Source of the DNA: Tepidisphaeraceae bacterium
Lineage (GTDB): Bacteria; Planctomycetota; Phycisphaerae; Tepidisphaerales; Tepidisphaeraceae
Direction of reading: 5' to 3'
DNA: 42,925 nt
NCBI GenBank assembly: GCA_035656825.1
Contig: DASRRR010000110.1
Location: forward strand, 1 to 42,925
The translations under genes were made by a program, and so were the position numbers. The notes under the pieces were generated by a model. The model was not told where the DNA came from. It ran no database searches and saw only the letters and a program-made list of their open reading frames with translations. Of this stretch, positions 1 through 10,400 are shown piece by piece; the stretch's first letter is position 1; every line of letters starts with the position of its first letter.

Positions 1-200
1 CGGATCAGCTTTATCGACACGCTGCGTTGGCTGCTGAGCGCTAGTCCGGGGGAGGAACTGGGGGATCTGGTGATCAATCCCCGGCGACCGGGACGTCATG
101 AGCCGCGGAAGATCAAGGACTTGAAGGATACGTATCGCAAGATGACCAGCCCGAGGAGTGAACTACGAAAAGCCCTGAAATATCAGGGGAAAGCTGCTTA
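1..200 (+). mobile_element. C-terminal end of a DDE (IS4/IS5-superfamily-like) transposase; 5' part lies outside the window
   Basis: Frame-1 translation ...GDLVINPRRPGRHEPRKIKDLKDTYRKMTSPRSELRKALKYQGKAA*. The P-R-R-P-G-R-x-E-P-R...K...Y...M-T-x-P-R pattern matches typical IS4-type transposase C-termini. G/T-ending codons unlike the following C-rich block. Family recall from memory, not searched. Confidence 0.45.
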
Positions 201-299
201 AGGCAATGGCATTCGGGACACTGCTGCTTTTCCTATTTACGCTCGTTCACCTTTATATCTTGAAATCAAAACGCAATCTCATTGATTTCATCCCGCACC

Positions 300-630
300 C
301 ATGACCAAAATTCCTCCAATGAAACAACACCTCTTTAACCTCACCACCACCCTCTCCCTCCTGCTCCTCCTCTCCATCTCCCTCCTCTGGCTCGCCCCCT
401 CCGGCTCCTCCCACCGCCTCGCCTACCGCCACCTCACCGGCCGCCAGTGGCTCCTCACTCTCCTCACCGCCATCCTCCCCCTCACCTGGCTTACTCGACG
501 CCATCGCTCCCATTCCTTTCCATTATCCCCCACAACTTCACAACCTTCACCCCCTCCTCCTTCATTAGTCATTACTCATTCGTCATTCCTTCGTCATTCG
601 GATTTAGTCATTCGTCATTTCTTCCTATAA
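300..630 (+). repeat. ~330-bp polypyrimidine (C/T >~90%) low-complexity tract ending in clustered GTCATTC/CTCATTC heptamers
   Basis: Directly visible: 330-540 is nearly purine-free on the + strand; 560-625 contains tcattactcattcgtcattccttcgtcattcggatttagtcattcgtcatttc. Confidence 0.7.
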
Positions 631-639
631 TTCTTCCCC

Positions 640-1107
640 ATGAACCGCCGAAACTTCCTCCGCTCCACCGCCACCCTCGCAGCCGCTGCCTCCAACACCC
701 CCCTCCTCGAAGCCGGCTACTCCTCCACCACCTCCTACCACGCCTTCGCCACCGACGACAATCCCCCCGGCCGCCAATTCTCCTACGCCCAAGGCGCGCA
801 AACCTCCATCTCCCGCTGGAACCAGCACGCCCAGGCCCAGCCCAAGCTCCCCCACTTCCCCGAAGTCCCCGTCGGCTGGGACAACTCCCCCCGCTACGGC
901 AACCGCGCCCACATCTGCGTCAATCGCACCGCCGACCAGTTCGAACGCCTGCTAGTCGCCGCCAAACATTTCATCGCCAACCAAAAATCCACTCCCCCCG
1001 CCATCTACATGGGTGCCTGGAACGAATGGACCGAAGACCACTACCTCCTCCCCGACGAACTCTACGGCTACTCCTACCTCGAAGCCATCCGCCGCCAATT
1101 CGCCTAA
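640..1107 (+). CDS. Tat-signal protein; C-terminal region resembles WbsX-like glycosyl hydrolase/transferase family (AWNEWTE..YLLPDE), probably a truncated or remnant gene
   Basis: N-terminal MNRRNFLRSTATLAAAA twin-arginine motif; C-terminal ...IYMGAWNEWTEDHYLLPDELYGY recalls the Glyco_tran_WbsX motif; only 155 aa, so likely a fragment. Confidence 0.45.
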   Translation: MNRRNFLRSTATLAAAASNTPLLEAGYSSTTSYHAFATDDNPPGRQFSYAQGAQTSISRWNQHAQAQPKLPHFPEVPVGWDNSPRYGNRAHICVNRTADQFERLLVAAKHFIANQKSTPPAIYMGAWNEWTEDHYLLPDELYGYSYLEAIRRQFA

Positions 1108-1498
1108 CCCAACACATACCCAAACAAATACCATATTTTTATCTTGACTACCCCCCCTCATTCCGATACACTTCCCCATTCCAGTAATGGAGACCTCAAC
1201 CAGGTCATTCTTTGAAAATTAAATCATCCATTCCATGAGTCGCTTCGACTCCCTTTTGGGGTTCTTCGCCGTACACAAAGGGGTTGTTTAGACGTCGTTC
1301 AGGTGTCAAAAAGGGGTCGTTCGGGGGGCGCTTTGGGGGCGCTTTTTTCCACCTCCATTCCCACTATCCAATTCATAAATACCTGCTGAATTTGGATTTA
1401 TGGATTTTTCGCCCGATATAAACAACCCCCCCATTCGTAATAGTTCCCTCCACAGCACTCCGATACACTTCCTACTGTACTTTCATTAGGAGTCTTCT

Positions 1499-3682
1499 AT
1501 GTATCTCGCCAACGTGCTCATCACCTCCAACCTCCTCGCTGACATCCCCTGGGCCTGGAGCCTCGCCATTGTCCTCGCGATCATCGTCTTCCTCATCTGG
1601 TGCGGCAAAACCGTCGTCGGTGCCCAGTACATCCCCAACGACCGCGTCGGCGTCGTCGAAAAACTCTGGTCCGGCAAAGGCTCCGTCCCCGAAGGTCATA
1701 TCCTCGCCCTCAACGGCGAAGCCGGCTACCAATCCGAACTCCTCCGCGGCGGTCTCCACTTCTGGCTCTGGCGCTGGCAGTACCGCGTTCACAAAATGCC
1801 TCTCGTCACGATCTCCCAAGGCAAAATTGGTTACATCTACGCCCGCGACGGCACCGCTCTCTCCCCCAGCCAGACCCTCAGCCAGGTCATCGACTGCAAC
1901 TACTTCCAGGACGCCCGCAAATTCCTCACCGCCGGCGGTCAACGCGGCCGCCAACGCGCCATCCTTCGCGAAGGGGCCTACGCCATCAACCTCGCCCTCT
2001 TCGTCGTCATCGCCGAAGACGGCGTCTACCACATGGAACTCCAGGGCAAACAGGAAATCGAACGCGTCGTCTCCTGGCAAAAAGAACTCCGCGCCCAGGC
2101 CGGCTTCAACCCCGTCCTCATCGGCGAACCCCTCACCACCCCCGACCTCATCGACCCCACCAAATCCATCGTCGTCGACTCCATCGGCATCGTCACCGTC
2201 CACGATGGCCCGTCTCTCGCCCCCGGCGAAATCATCGCACCCTCCGTCGGCAATAACGCCTCCGAAGAAAACTACCACAACAACTTCCAGGACACCGAAG
2301 CCTTCCTCCGTGCCGGCGGGCGCCGCGGCCGGCAGTACGTCCCCCTCACCGACGGCACCTACTTCATCAACCGCTGGTTCGCCACCATCGAAATCATCCC
2401 CAAGATGATCGTCCCCATCGGCTACGTCGGCGTCGTCGTCTCCTACTACGGCCCCCCCGGCGTCGACGTCTCCGGCGATGCCTTCCGTCATGGCGAGCGC
2501 GTCGCCCGCGGCGAACGCGGCGTCTGGGAAAAACCCCTCGGCCCCAGCAAATACCCCTTCAATACCTACGCAGGTCACGTCGTCATCGTCCCCACCACCA
2601 ACTTCGTCCTCCACTGGATTACCGGCCGAACCGAAGCCCACCGCTATGACGATTCCCTCCAATCCATCGACCTCGTCACCAAGGACGCCTATGAGCCCCT
2701 CCTCCCTCTTTCCGTCGTCGTCCACATCGACTACATGAAAGCCCCCAGCGTCATCCAGCGCTTCGGCGACGTCAAAAAACTCATCACCCAGACCCTTGAC
2801 CCCATGCTCTCGGCCTACTTCCGCGACGTCGCTCACAAATGCACCATGCTCGAACTCCTCCATGACCGCGACGAGATCCAGACCCAGGCCAAAGTCGCCC
2901 TCAAGGAACGCTTTAAGGAATTCGACATCGAATGCGTCGACGTCCTCATCGGCAAGCCCGACACCGCCGAAGCCGGCGGCAAAATCGAAACCCTCCTCGA
3001 ACAGCTCCGCCTGCGCCAGCTCTCCGTCGAACAGATCGAGACCTACGAACACCAGCGCAAGGCCGCCGACGAGCAGCGCAAACTCAATGACGCCCAGGCC
3101 CTAGCCTCCAAGCAAAAGGAGCTCACCGACTCCCAGGTGCAAATCCGCATCGCCGAAAACGCCGGCGACGCCGACCTCTCCCGCGCCCGCAAGGTGGCGC
3201 AGCAGCAGATCGTCATGGCCGAAGCGCAGCTCGAACAATCGCGCCGTCAGGCCGAGCAGATGGTCGTCACCGCCAAGGCCGAATCCGAACAGCGCACCCT
3301 CGCCGGCCGCGGTGAATCCCAGCGCCAAATGCAGATCGGCCTCTCCGAAGCCGCCGTTCTCACCCGCAAAATCGCCTCCTTCGGCGACCCCCGCCTCTAC
3401 GCCCTCTCCCTCGCCGCCGAATACCTCTCCAAATCCACCCAACCCCTCGTCCCCGAACACGTCTTCATGACCGGCGGCTCAACCGATGGCGCCAGCGCGT
3501 CCCAAGGCATGCTCGGCACCCTCCTCACCATGCTCGTCGCTGAAAAGTCCGGCTTCAACCCCAGCTCCACACCCGAATCCGCCGAAGTCCGCGACCTCAT
3601 CGACCGCATCACCCGCCAAGCTGTGACCTCCATGGGCCAACCCGTCCCCGAAACCCCCGACGGAAAGGAAGTCTCAACCTAA
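1499..3682 (+). CDS. flotillin / SPFH (band-7) family membrane protein with long C-terminal coiled coil
   Basis: AGGAG 7 nt upstream of ATG; N-terminal TM helix, SPFH-like core, then EA-rich coiled coil (QRKAADEQRKLNDAQALASKQKELTDSQ...); uniform C-ending codon usage. Confidence 0.7.
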   Translation: MYLANVLITSNLLADIPWAWSLAIVLAIIVFLIWCGKTVVGAQYIPNDRVGVVEKLWSGKGSVPEGHILALNGEAGYQSELLRGGLHFWLWRWQYRVHKMPLVTISQGKIGYIYARDGTALSPSQTLSQVIDCNYFQDARKFLTAGGQRGRQRAILREGAYAINLALFVVIAEDGVYHMELQGKQEIERVVSWQKELRAQAGFNPVLIGEPLTTPDLIDPTKSIVVDSIGIVTVHDGPSLAPGEIIAPSVGNNASEENYHNNFQDTEAFLRAGGRRGRQYVPLTDGTYFINRWFATIEIIPKMIVPIGYVGVVVSYYGPPGVDVSGDAFRHGERVARGERGVWEKPLGPSKYPFNTYAGHVVIVPTTNFVLHWITGRTEAHRYDDSLQSIDLVTKDAYEPLLPLSVVVHIDYMKAPSVIQRFGDVKKLITQTLDPMLSAYFRDVAHKCTMLELLHDRDEIQTQAKVALKERFKEFDIECVDVLIGKPDTAEAGGKIETLLEQLRLRQLSVEQIETYEHQRKAADEQRKLNDAQALASKQKELTDSQVQIRIAENAGDADLSRARKVAQQQIVMAEAQLEQSRRQAEQMVVTAKAESEQRTLAGRGESQRQMQIGLSEAAVLTRKIASFGDPRLYALSLAAEYLSKSTQPLVPEHVFMTGGSTDGASASQGMLGTLLTMLVAEKSGFNPSSTPESAEVRDLIDRITRQAVTSMGQPVPETPDGKEVST

Positions 3683-3912
3683 CGGCGGCGGCGGCTGATC
3701 CCCCGTCCGCAGCCGGGCATGGGACGAGACATGATCATAAACGCTCGCCAAAAATCCAAGGAACGGAAACTTCGCTTTGGGAAAAGGACTAGGCCCCAGC
3801 CGCTCCAGCGCACTCGGCACATCCGCCGGCGCCGACTGCAACGCATCGATGCCCGCTCCCGCGGAGTAGAAGCTACGAGTATCAGAAATGGGAGTCGTCA
3901 ATTCAGTCATGG

Positions 3913-6900
3913 TTAATATTCTCCAACTGCCTCGGAGGACAACGACAGATAATCCTTCAATTCCGACGTCGACAGATTCGTCAGCCACTCATCGCCGGCC
4001 CGGACAATCTGATCCGCCAGCGCAATCTTGTCAGTGAGGAGCTTATCGATGCGTTCTTCCATCGTGCCGACGCAGATGAACTTGTGGACCTGCACCTTGC
4101 GCGTCTGCCCGATGCGATACGCCCGATCTGTCGCCTGTGCTTCGACGGCGGGATTCCACCAGCGGTCGAAGTGGAAAACATGATTGGCGGCAGTCAGGTT
4201 CAACCCCAGCCCGCCGGCACGGAGCGAGAGGATAAAGAGTTTGACCCCATTGGCACCCTCTTGAAACTGGGTGATCATCTCATCGCGCCGCTTGGCCGGC
4301 GTGCCGCCATGCAGGAAGAGCGTCGGCGCTTTCAGCCGCTCGGCAATCACGCGCTCCAGCAGATGCCCCATCTCCCGATATTGAGTGAAGATCAGCGCAG
4401 CATCTCCCGCCTCGATCACTTCTTCCAACATCTCAATAAGCCGTTCGCATTTCCCCGAACGACCTGACAAAATTTCGGTCAACGGATCGCGCGGCTCCGG
4501 GGCGATCTTGCTCAGCAGCGCCGGATGATCGCAGACCTGTTTGAGCCGAGTGAGCGCCGCCAAAATCAGTCCGCGCCGCCGAATCCCCGTCGCCGCGTCG
4601 ATCTGCGAAAGCATTTCGCTGGTGATCTTCTGATAGACCGACGCCTGTTCGGGAGTGAGATTACAGTAAACTTTCATCTCCATCTTCTCAGGCAGATCGC
4701 CGGCGATGGTCGGGTCGGCCTTGGTGCGGCGGAGGATGAAGGGTTGAATCATCTTCCGCAACTGCTGAGCGCGCGACTGATCCTGCAACTTCTCGATCGG
4801 CACACTGAAGCGTTCGCGGAAGTCGGCGGCGGTTCCGAGCAGGCCGGGGTTGAGCAGTTCCATGATCGACCAGAGCTCGGAGAGGTGGTTTTCGATAGGG
4901 GTTCCGGTCAGTGCGACGCGATGGGGGGCGGCCAGGGAACGGATGGCGATGGAGCTGGCGGCGGCGGGGTTTTTGATTTTCTGGGCTTCGTCCAGAGCCA
5001 ATCGTCGCCAGGGGACGCGCTGGATGTCGTCGAGGTCGCGATGGGCGAGGGCGTAGGAGGTAATAACGATATCGTGTTTGCCGGCGGCGGTGACGAAAGT
5101 GTCGCCGGCCAGGCGTTCGGGACCATGATGGATCAGGACTTTGAGGGAAGGGGCGAAGCGTTCGAGTTCGCGGGTCCAGTTGCCGACGACGCTGGTCGGC
5201 GCAAAGAGGAGGGTGGGTCCGAGCGAGGCGGTGTTTTCGGCTTTGATGTCGCGGCGTTCGTGGAGAAGGAGGGCGATTAATTGAACGGTTTTACCGAGGC
5301 CCATGTCGTCGGCGAGGCAGGCACCGATGCCTAGGCGATGGAGGAAGGAGAGCCATTCGAGACCGCGATGTTGGTAGGGGCGGAGTGTGCCGAGGAAATT
5401 GGGGGGTGGGGGCACTTCCTGTAATTTTGCGTTGGGGGCGTGTTCGAGGAGATCTTGGACCCAGCTTGTGCCGGTCAGGGCCAGAACGGGGAGGCCGGCT
5501 TCTGGGGTTTTTTGCGCGTAGGCCGTGCGGAAGGCTTCGGCGAGGGTCATCTTGCCCTTGGGCTTTTTGGAGAGGAATTCGACGGCGCGTTTGGCGGCTT
5601 CGAGGTCGATGGTCAGCCATTGGCCTTTGTAGCGGGCGAGGGGGGAGTTTTGTTTGACGAGGTATTTGAAGTCTTCCATGGAGAGGCGGAGGTCGCCGAC
5701 GGCGATTTGCCAGTCGAAGTCGAGGAGGGAATCGAGGCCGAATTTACCGGTGGAGACGTCGGGGAATTGGCCGGCGCGGGCTTGCTGGTCGGGGCCGACC
5801 ATGGCGCTTTCGTCGAGGACGTCGTCGTCGCGTTCGGCTTCGTTGGGGGCGAGGGCGAGGACTAAGCCGAGTTCGCGATCGCGGCGGGTGGCCCAATCGG
5901 GGAGGGTTACGCCGAAGGCGTTTTCGCGGAGGACGGTGGCGTATTGGCGGATGAAGAGGTGGGCTTCGATGGTGGAGATTTCGAGTTGGGCGGGTTCGGG
6001 TGTGGTCAGGACGCGCTGGAGGGCGGGGAAGATTTCGGAGGCGCGCTGCAGTTCGGAGAGGAGGTGGGCGCGGCGGTTGGCGAGATTGCGGCCGAGGACG
6101 CCGGGGAGATCGTGGCGCTGTTTCCACAATTCGGCGGCGTCGGTGGTTTCGCCGTCGGGTTCGAGGGATTGGAGTTGGACGCGAATCTGCCAGAGGGGCT
6201 GGTTGGCGGGGGCGGGGGCAATTTCGGCGCTGGGGTCGGTGATCGTTTCGCCATTTGCCGCCGCGTCGGCGGATTCGCTGGCGAGGGCGGCTTCGATGAG
6301 GGTTGCGTCTTCGGGGGAATCGTCTTCGGGTTCTTCGAGCACAAAGCAGATGCGCAGGGGCGCGGCGGCGGTGCTTTCGTCGAGTTTGCCGATCCAGGAG
6401 CGGACTTGATCGACGAGGAAGTTGTTTTCGAGGACGTCGCTGCCGCGGACTTGCGGGTCGGAGCCGAGGAGTGCGGAGAGCCAGCGGAGTTCGCCGGGGG
6501 CTTCGGGTTCGGCGGCTTTTTCGTGGGCACGGCTGAAGAATTCGTCGGTGGAGACGTCACGGCGGATGATGGCGTCGGCGGTGGTGGCGAGGAAGGATTC
6601 GACGATGTGGGCGGGATCGATGTCTTCGCCGGCGATTCCGTGGAAGGCGCGGGCGGCGGGGGGCATCGCCAGGCCGAACTGTTCGAGGCGGTGCAGTTCT
6701 TCTTCGCCGAGCATGAGCAGGCGCCAGTTGGCGCGGGCACCTTCTTCGGTGGCGGCGAGGTCGGGGAAGAATTGTTGTTTGGCCAGGCGCTCGGTGACGA
6801 AGGTCGCCAGCCGGGAGAAGTAGCGGTAGGAATCGCCGCAGCAATCGGCGGTGGGCTGGGTGGGGGAGACCAGCAGGTCGACGGCTTCGGTTGGGGATAG

Positions 6901-7183
6901 GCGGAGGGTTGGAATTGTGAAAGGCGACACTTGGGTGAATGGGCCGGAGCGGATTGGTTCGCCGGCGTCGTTGGTGGGGAGGTCGAGGACCAGGGACGAT
7001 TCTCCAGCGGCTGAGGCGAGCAGCGATTCGGCGGCGAGTTCGCCGATCATGGCGCGCAGGCGTTCGACGGTTAGTGCGCGCGGGTGCGGGCGGGCGCCAG
7101 TGCCGGGCGTGTTGGGGCTGGGATCTCCGTCGTCGGACCAGAGGTGCAGATGAGATTGAAACCAGGCGGCATGGAGTGGCATC
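3913..7183 (-). CDS. SNF2-family helicase (DEAD/DEAH box helicase with N-terminal SNF2-helicase-associated domain), ~1090 aa; alternative upstream start at 7320
   Basis: Motif I LADDMGLGKTVQLIALLL, DEAH-like LALDEAQKIKN, motif VI-type HELICc LRAGGLGLNLTAANHVFHFDRWWNPAVEAQATDRAYRIGQTRKV. The 46 codons between 7320 and 7183 have atypical composition, so Met at 7183 is preferred. Confidence 0.85.
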
Positions 7184-7350
7184 GTTGTGTTTGGTGATCG
7201 CGGGCGGTCAGGGGATTTTTCGCACTTCCGCCCCACGTTGGGCCGAGAGCCGAATGGGGAAGCATAGGGCCGAAAAGCGAAATGGGTAGGGGTGGCAAAC
7301 CCCCTCGTAAATTCCGGCAATTGCGGGTAAACTCATCGTGCCGGGCGCTG

Positions 7351-7356
7351 TATAAT
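7351..7356 (+). promoter_or_regulatory. TATAAT -10-like hexamer upstream of tRNA-Gly
   Basis: ctgTATAATcaatt 32 nt upstream of tRNA 5' end; no convincing -35 at 17-bp spacing. Confidence 0.25.
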
Positions 7357-7388
7357 CAATTAGCAGCAAACCGGCAAAGGCCGAGTAT

Positions 7389-7460
7389 GCGGGTGTAATT
7401 CAGTGGTAGAATGCCAGCCTTCCAAGCTGGACGTCGAGGGTTCGAATCCCTTCGCCCGCT
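7389..7460 (+). tRNA. tRNA-Gly (anticodon TCC)
   Basis: Acceptor stem GCGGGTG/CGCCCGC with G-T wobble, D-loop AGTGGTAGA, anticodon stem CCAGC/GCTGG with loop CTTCCAA (anticodon TCC), T-arm GAGGG-TTCGAAT-CCCTT, discriminator T; near-identical in architecture to E. coli tRNA-Gly(UCC). CCA not encoded. Confidence 0.9.
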
Positions 7461-7474
7461 TTTCCCCTCTTTGA

Positions 7475-10400
7475 TTATTGATCGCGTTTCATTTGCTGCT
7501 GGGCTCGGCGTTTGGCGGCGATGAGGGAGCCGGTGGTGGTTGTGCCGGGGGGGGTGTTAGAGGGGGTGGGTTTGGAGGGGGTGGTTGTGTTGCCGTCGGC
7601 GCCGCCGACGAGTTTGGTGATGTCGCCTTCTACGCCGGTGGGGGCTTCGAAGCGGGCGGTGGGGACGGGGCGCGGGGTGGGGTTGGGTTTGGGGGTGAAG
7701 CGTTCTTCGGTGACTTTTTCGCGGATGCCGCGGAGGGCGGAGAGGGTTGCGCCGGAGCCTTGCGGGGCGGTGAGGACGGTGAAGCTGCGGACGTAGTCGG
7801 CGGCTTTGCGGGTCAGGCGGAGGACGGTCTGCCAGTCCCAGGCGACGCGGCGGTTGGCGATATCGAGAAGGAGCAACGCCAAGAGGAAGGGGATGAGCAG
7901 GTCCCAGATGGGGGTGGAGGCGACGGAGGGGTAGAGGTTTTCGCGGCGGAACCAGTTGGTGTCGTTGGTCAGGTCGAAGGCGGGGAGAACTCGGCCGCCG
8001 GTGCGGTCGGCGACTTGTTGGAGGAGGACGTCGTTGGAATGGAGGTCGCGCATTTCGGGAGAGCCGTTGACGGCGGTGCCGGCGATGACAAAGCCGGGGG
8101 AGGTGTGACCCGGGCCCTGGTAGTGGAGGGCGACGACGTAGGCGCCAGGGAGGGGGGTTTTGAAATCGGTGGAGTAGGTGCCGACGCCGGTTTGGACGGG
8201 GTGGATGTCTTGCGAGGAGCCGTCGGGGCCGATGACGGTGCCGGTGATGTTGAGGAAGGATTGGAAGCCGGCGTCTTTGTTGAGGGCTTCGATGGAAATG
8301 TGGCCTTTCTGGCCGTCGTTGGTGATGGTGGGTTGTAGGTCGGTGCTGAGGGGGGAGCGAGCGGTGCCGCGGACGACCTGGGACCAGAATTTGGAGAACA
8401 TGGGGGAGCCGACCCATCCGGAGGCCCAGAGGTTGTGGGCGTCAGAGGTGAAGACGGCGACGTGACCTTGGCCGGTCTGCCAGTGGGCGAGGAGGGGGTC
8501 ATTGCTCTTGCCGGCGAGGAGGGGGACCTCGATGAAGGGGCTTTGCTTTTTGGAGGTGAGGATCAGGCCGTAGATAGAGGGGAAGCCGGGGATGCCTTTG
8601 ACGAGGTCGCTCATGGAGGGAGGGGTTTTGACCTGGATGCCGTCTTTTTCTTCGTGGATGAGTGATCGGCGGACGACGGTGGCTTCCTTGACGAAGATCT
8701 GGGGGAGCTGGCTGATGTTGGAGTAGATCGGGCCGTAGGTGCGACCTTTGGTGGCCTCGGAGATGTGGGTCATGATGGAATTGGGATCGACGCCGCCGTG
8801 GGGGAAGTCGATGACGGTGGAGACGGTGATTTTGGCTTTACGATAGGCTTCCAGGGTAGCTTCGGTGGGCGCCTGCGGGTCGTCGTCGGAGATGATGATG
8901 ACGTGTTTTTGGCGGGCGTCGTTGGCGAGAATGCCGGGCTGGCCGTTGGCGCCGTTGAGGGCGGCGAGCATCATGTCGTCGAAGCTGGGGAAGTCGCCGG
9001 GGTTCATGGATTTGATGGCGGCGTTGACGTGGGTGCCGTCGCCTTTGGGCTGGATGGGGTAGTCCCAGACGACCTTGCCCGGCCAGGAGATAACGCCGAC
9101 GTCATCGCCGGCGGAGAGGGTTTCGACCGCTTTGAGGGCGCACTGCTGGGCCCAGTAGTTGCCTTCGGGTTGTTCGATGGCGTCGATGATGAGGACGAGG
9201 GCGGCTTTGGGGATTTGGCGCTGGGCGGGGACGTCCATGGAGACGGGGAGGATTTCTTCGAGTTTGGAACCTTGCCAGCCGCCGGCTCCGTAGGCGGAGT
9301 CGCCGCCGATCATGACCAGGCCGCCGCCGAGTTGGCTGACGTAGGAGGTGAGGACGCGTTCTTGAGAATCGTTTAACCCACCTGCTCCTCTCGGGACGTT
9401 GTCGAGGATGACGGCGTCGAAGGCTTCGAGAGAGGCGAGGTTGTTGGGGAACTGGGAGGCGGAGATGCGGTCGTCGGGGCGGACTTCGATGCCTTCTTTG
9501 GCGAGGGCGCCGATGACGTATTGGCTGCCGTTGTCGCGGGATTGGTCGACGTAGAGGAGGCGGCCTTTGCCGCGGATGAAGGTGAAGCCGTCGGCGGAGT
9601 TGTTTTCGAGGATAGAGTCGGCGGCGGGTTGGCTGGGGGAGTGGTCGGGTTCGAAGGTGGCGTGGAAGCGGTAGACGCCGGCGACGTCGGTGCCGGGGAC
9701 CTGGACGGAGACGCGATTGAGGCCGGGCTGGAGGGTGACGCGGCGGCTGGGGGTAGTGCCGCCGGTGCCGGGGTTGAGATCGATGGGGTGGCCTTCTTGC
9801 GTGATCGAGAGCTTGCCAGTGACGGTGACGGGGTTGGTGGAGCGGAGGATGACGTCGACGGAGTAGGGTTCGTTTTCGCGTTTGAAGGTCGGGACGACGA
9901 AGCGGTCGATCATGACTTCGTTGGTGACGTTGTAGCGGAGGGGGACGACATCGATGGGGATGTGGTTGGCGGCGGCCATGTTGAGGACGGGGTCGAGGTC
10001 GCCGGTGGTGGCGTTGCCGTCCCAGAAGAGGACCAGGCGGTGCATGGCGTCCTGGGCACCGGCGGCCATGGCGAGTTGCAACGCGGCGGCGGCGTCGGTC
10101 CCTTCCTGGCGTTCGCGGATAGCGCCGGCACCGAGTTCGAGGGAGGTGCTGGCCATGGCGTCGACGTCGGCGGCGCGGGCGAAGCTGATGACGCCGATGC
10201 GGTCGGCGGGGGGTTTCTGGCGTTTGACGACCTGGCGGATCTGGTCTTCGATGGAGGATTGCAGCGAGCCGCCGGGGTAGTCTTTGACGTTGGTGGTGGA
10301 TTGGGAGACATCGCGGACGACGAAGACTTCGAGGTCTTTGTTGACGCGCTGCCAGCGGACGCCGCCGAGGATGAGGATGATGAAGAGGAGGACGAGCAGG

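Noticed and set aside
301-1187. ORFs 301..630 (109 aa) and 447..1187 (246 aa) translating the polypyrimidine tract into Leu/Ser/Pro/His/Arg-rich peptides
   Set aside because: Extreme low complexity, strand-asymmetric base composition rather than codon structure, and 447..1187 overlaps the well-formed Tat-signal gene 640..1107 in another frame.
1472-3460. Long alternative-frame and antisense ORFs inside the flotillin gene (1472..3052 minus 526 aa; 1569..2408; 1600..2256; 3101..3460)
   Set aside because: Typical high-GC open-frame artefacts (Gly/Asp/Ala- or Arg/Pro-rich, no domain logic). The flotillin frame has an RBS, a TM helix and SPFH/coiled-coil architecture.
3674-3988. ORFs 3674..3988 (minus) and 3719..3916 (plus) in the convergent gap between flotillin and the helicase
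   Set aside because: Overlap the helicase 3' end out of frame or are highly basic low-complexity; no support.
7461-7475. Genomic-island integration at the 3' end of tRNA-Gly
   Set aside because: The gene immediately downstream (BatA-like) is a typical core gene of this lineage and the compositional break actually lies inside the helicase gene (~4700), not at the tRNA, so the tRNA is not convincingly an att site.
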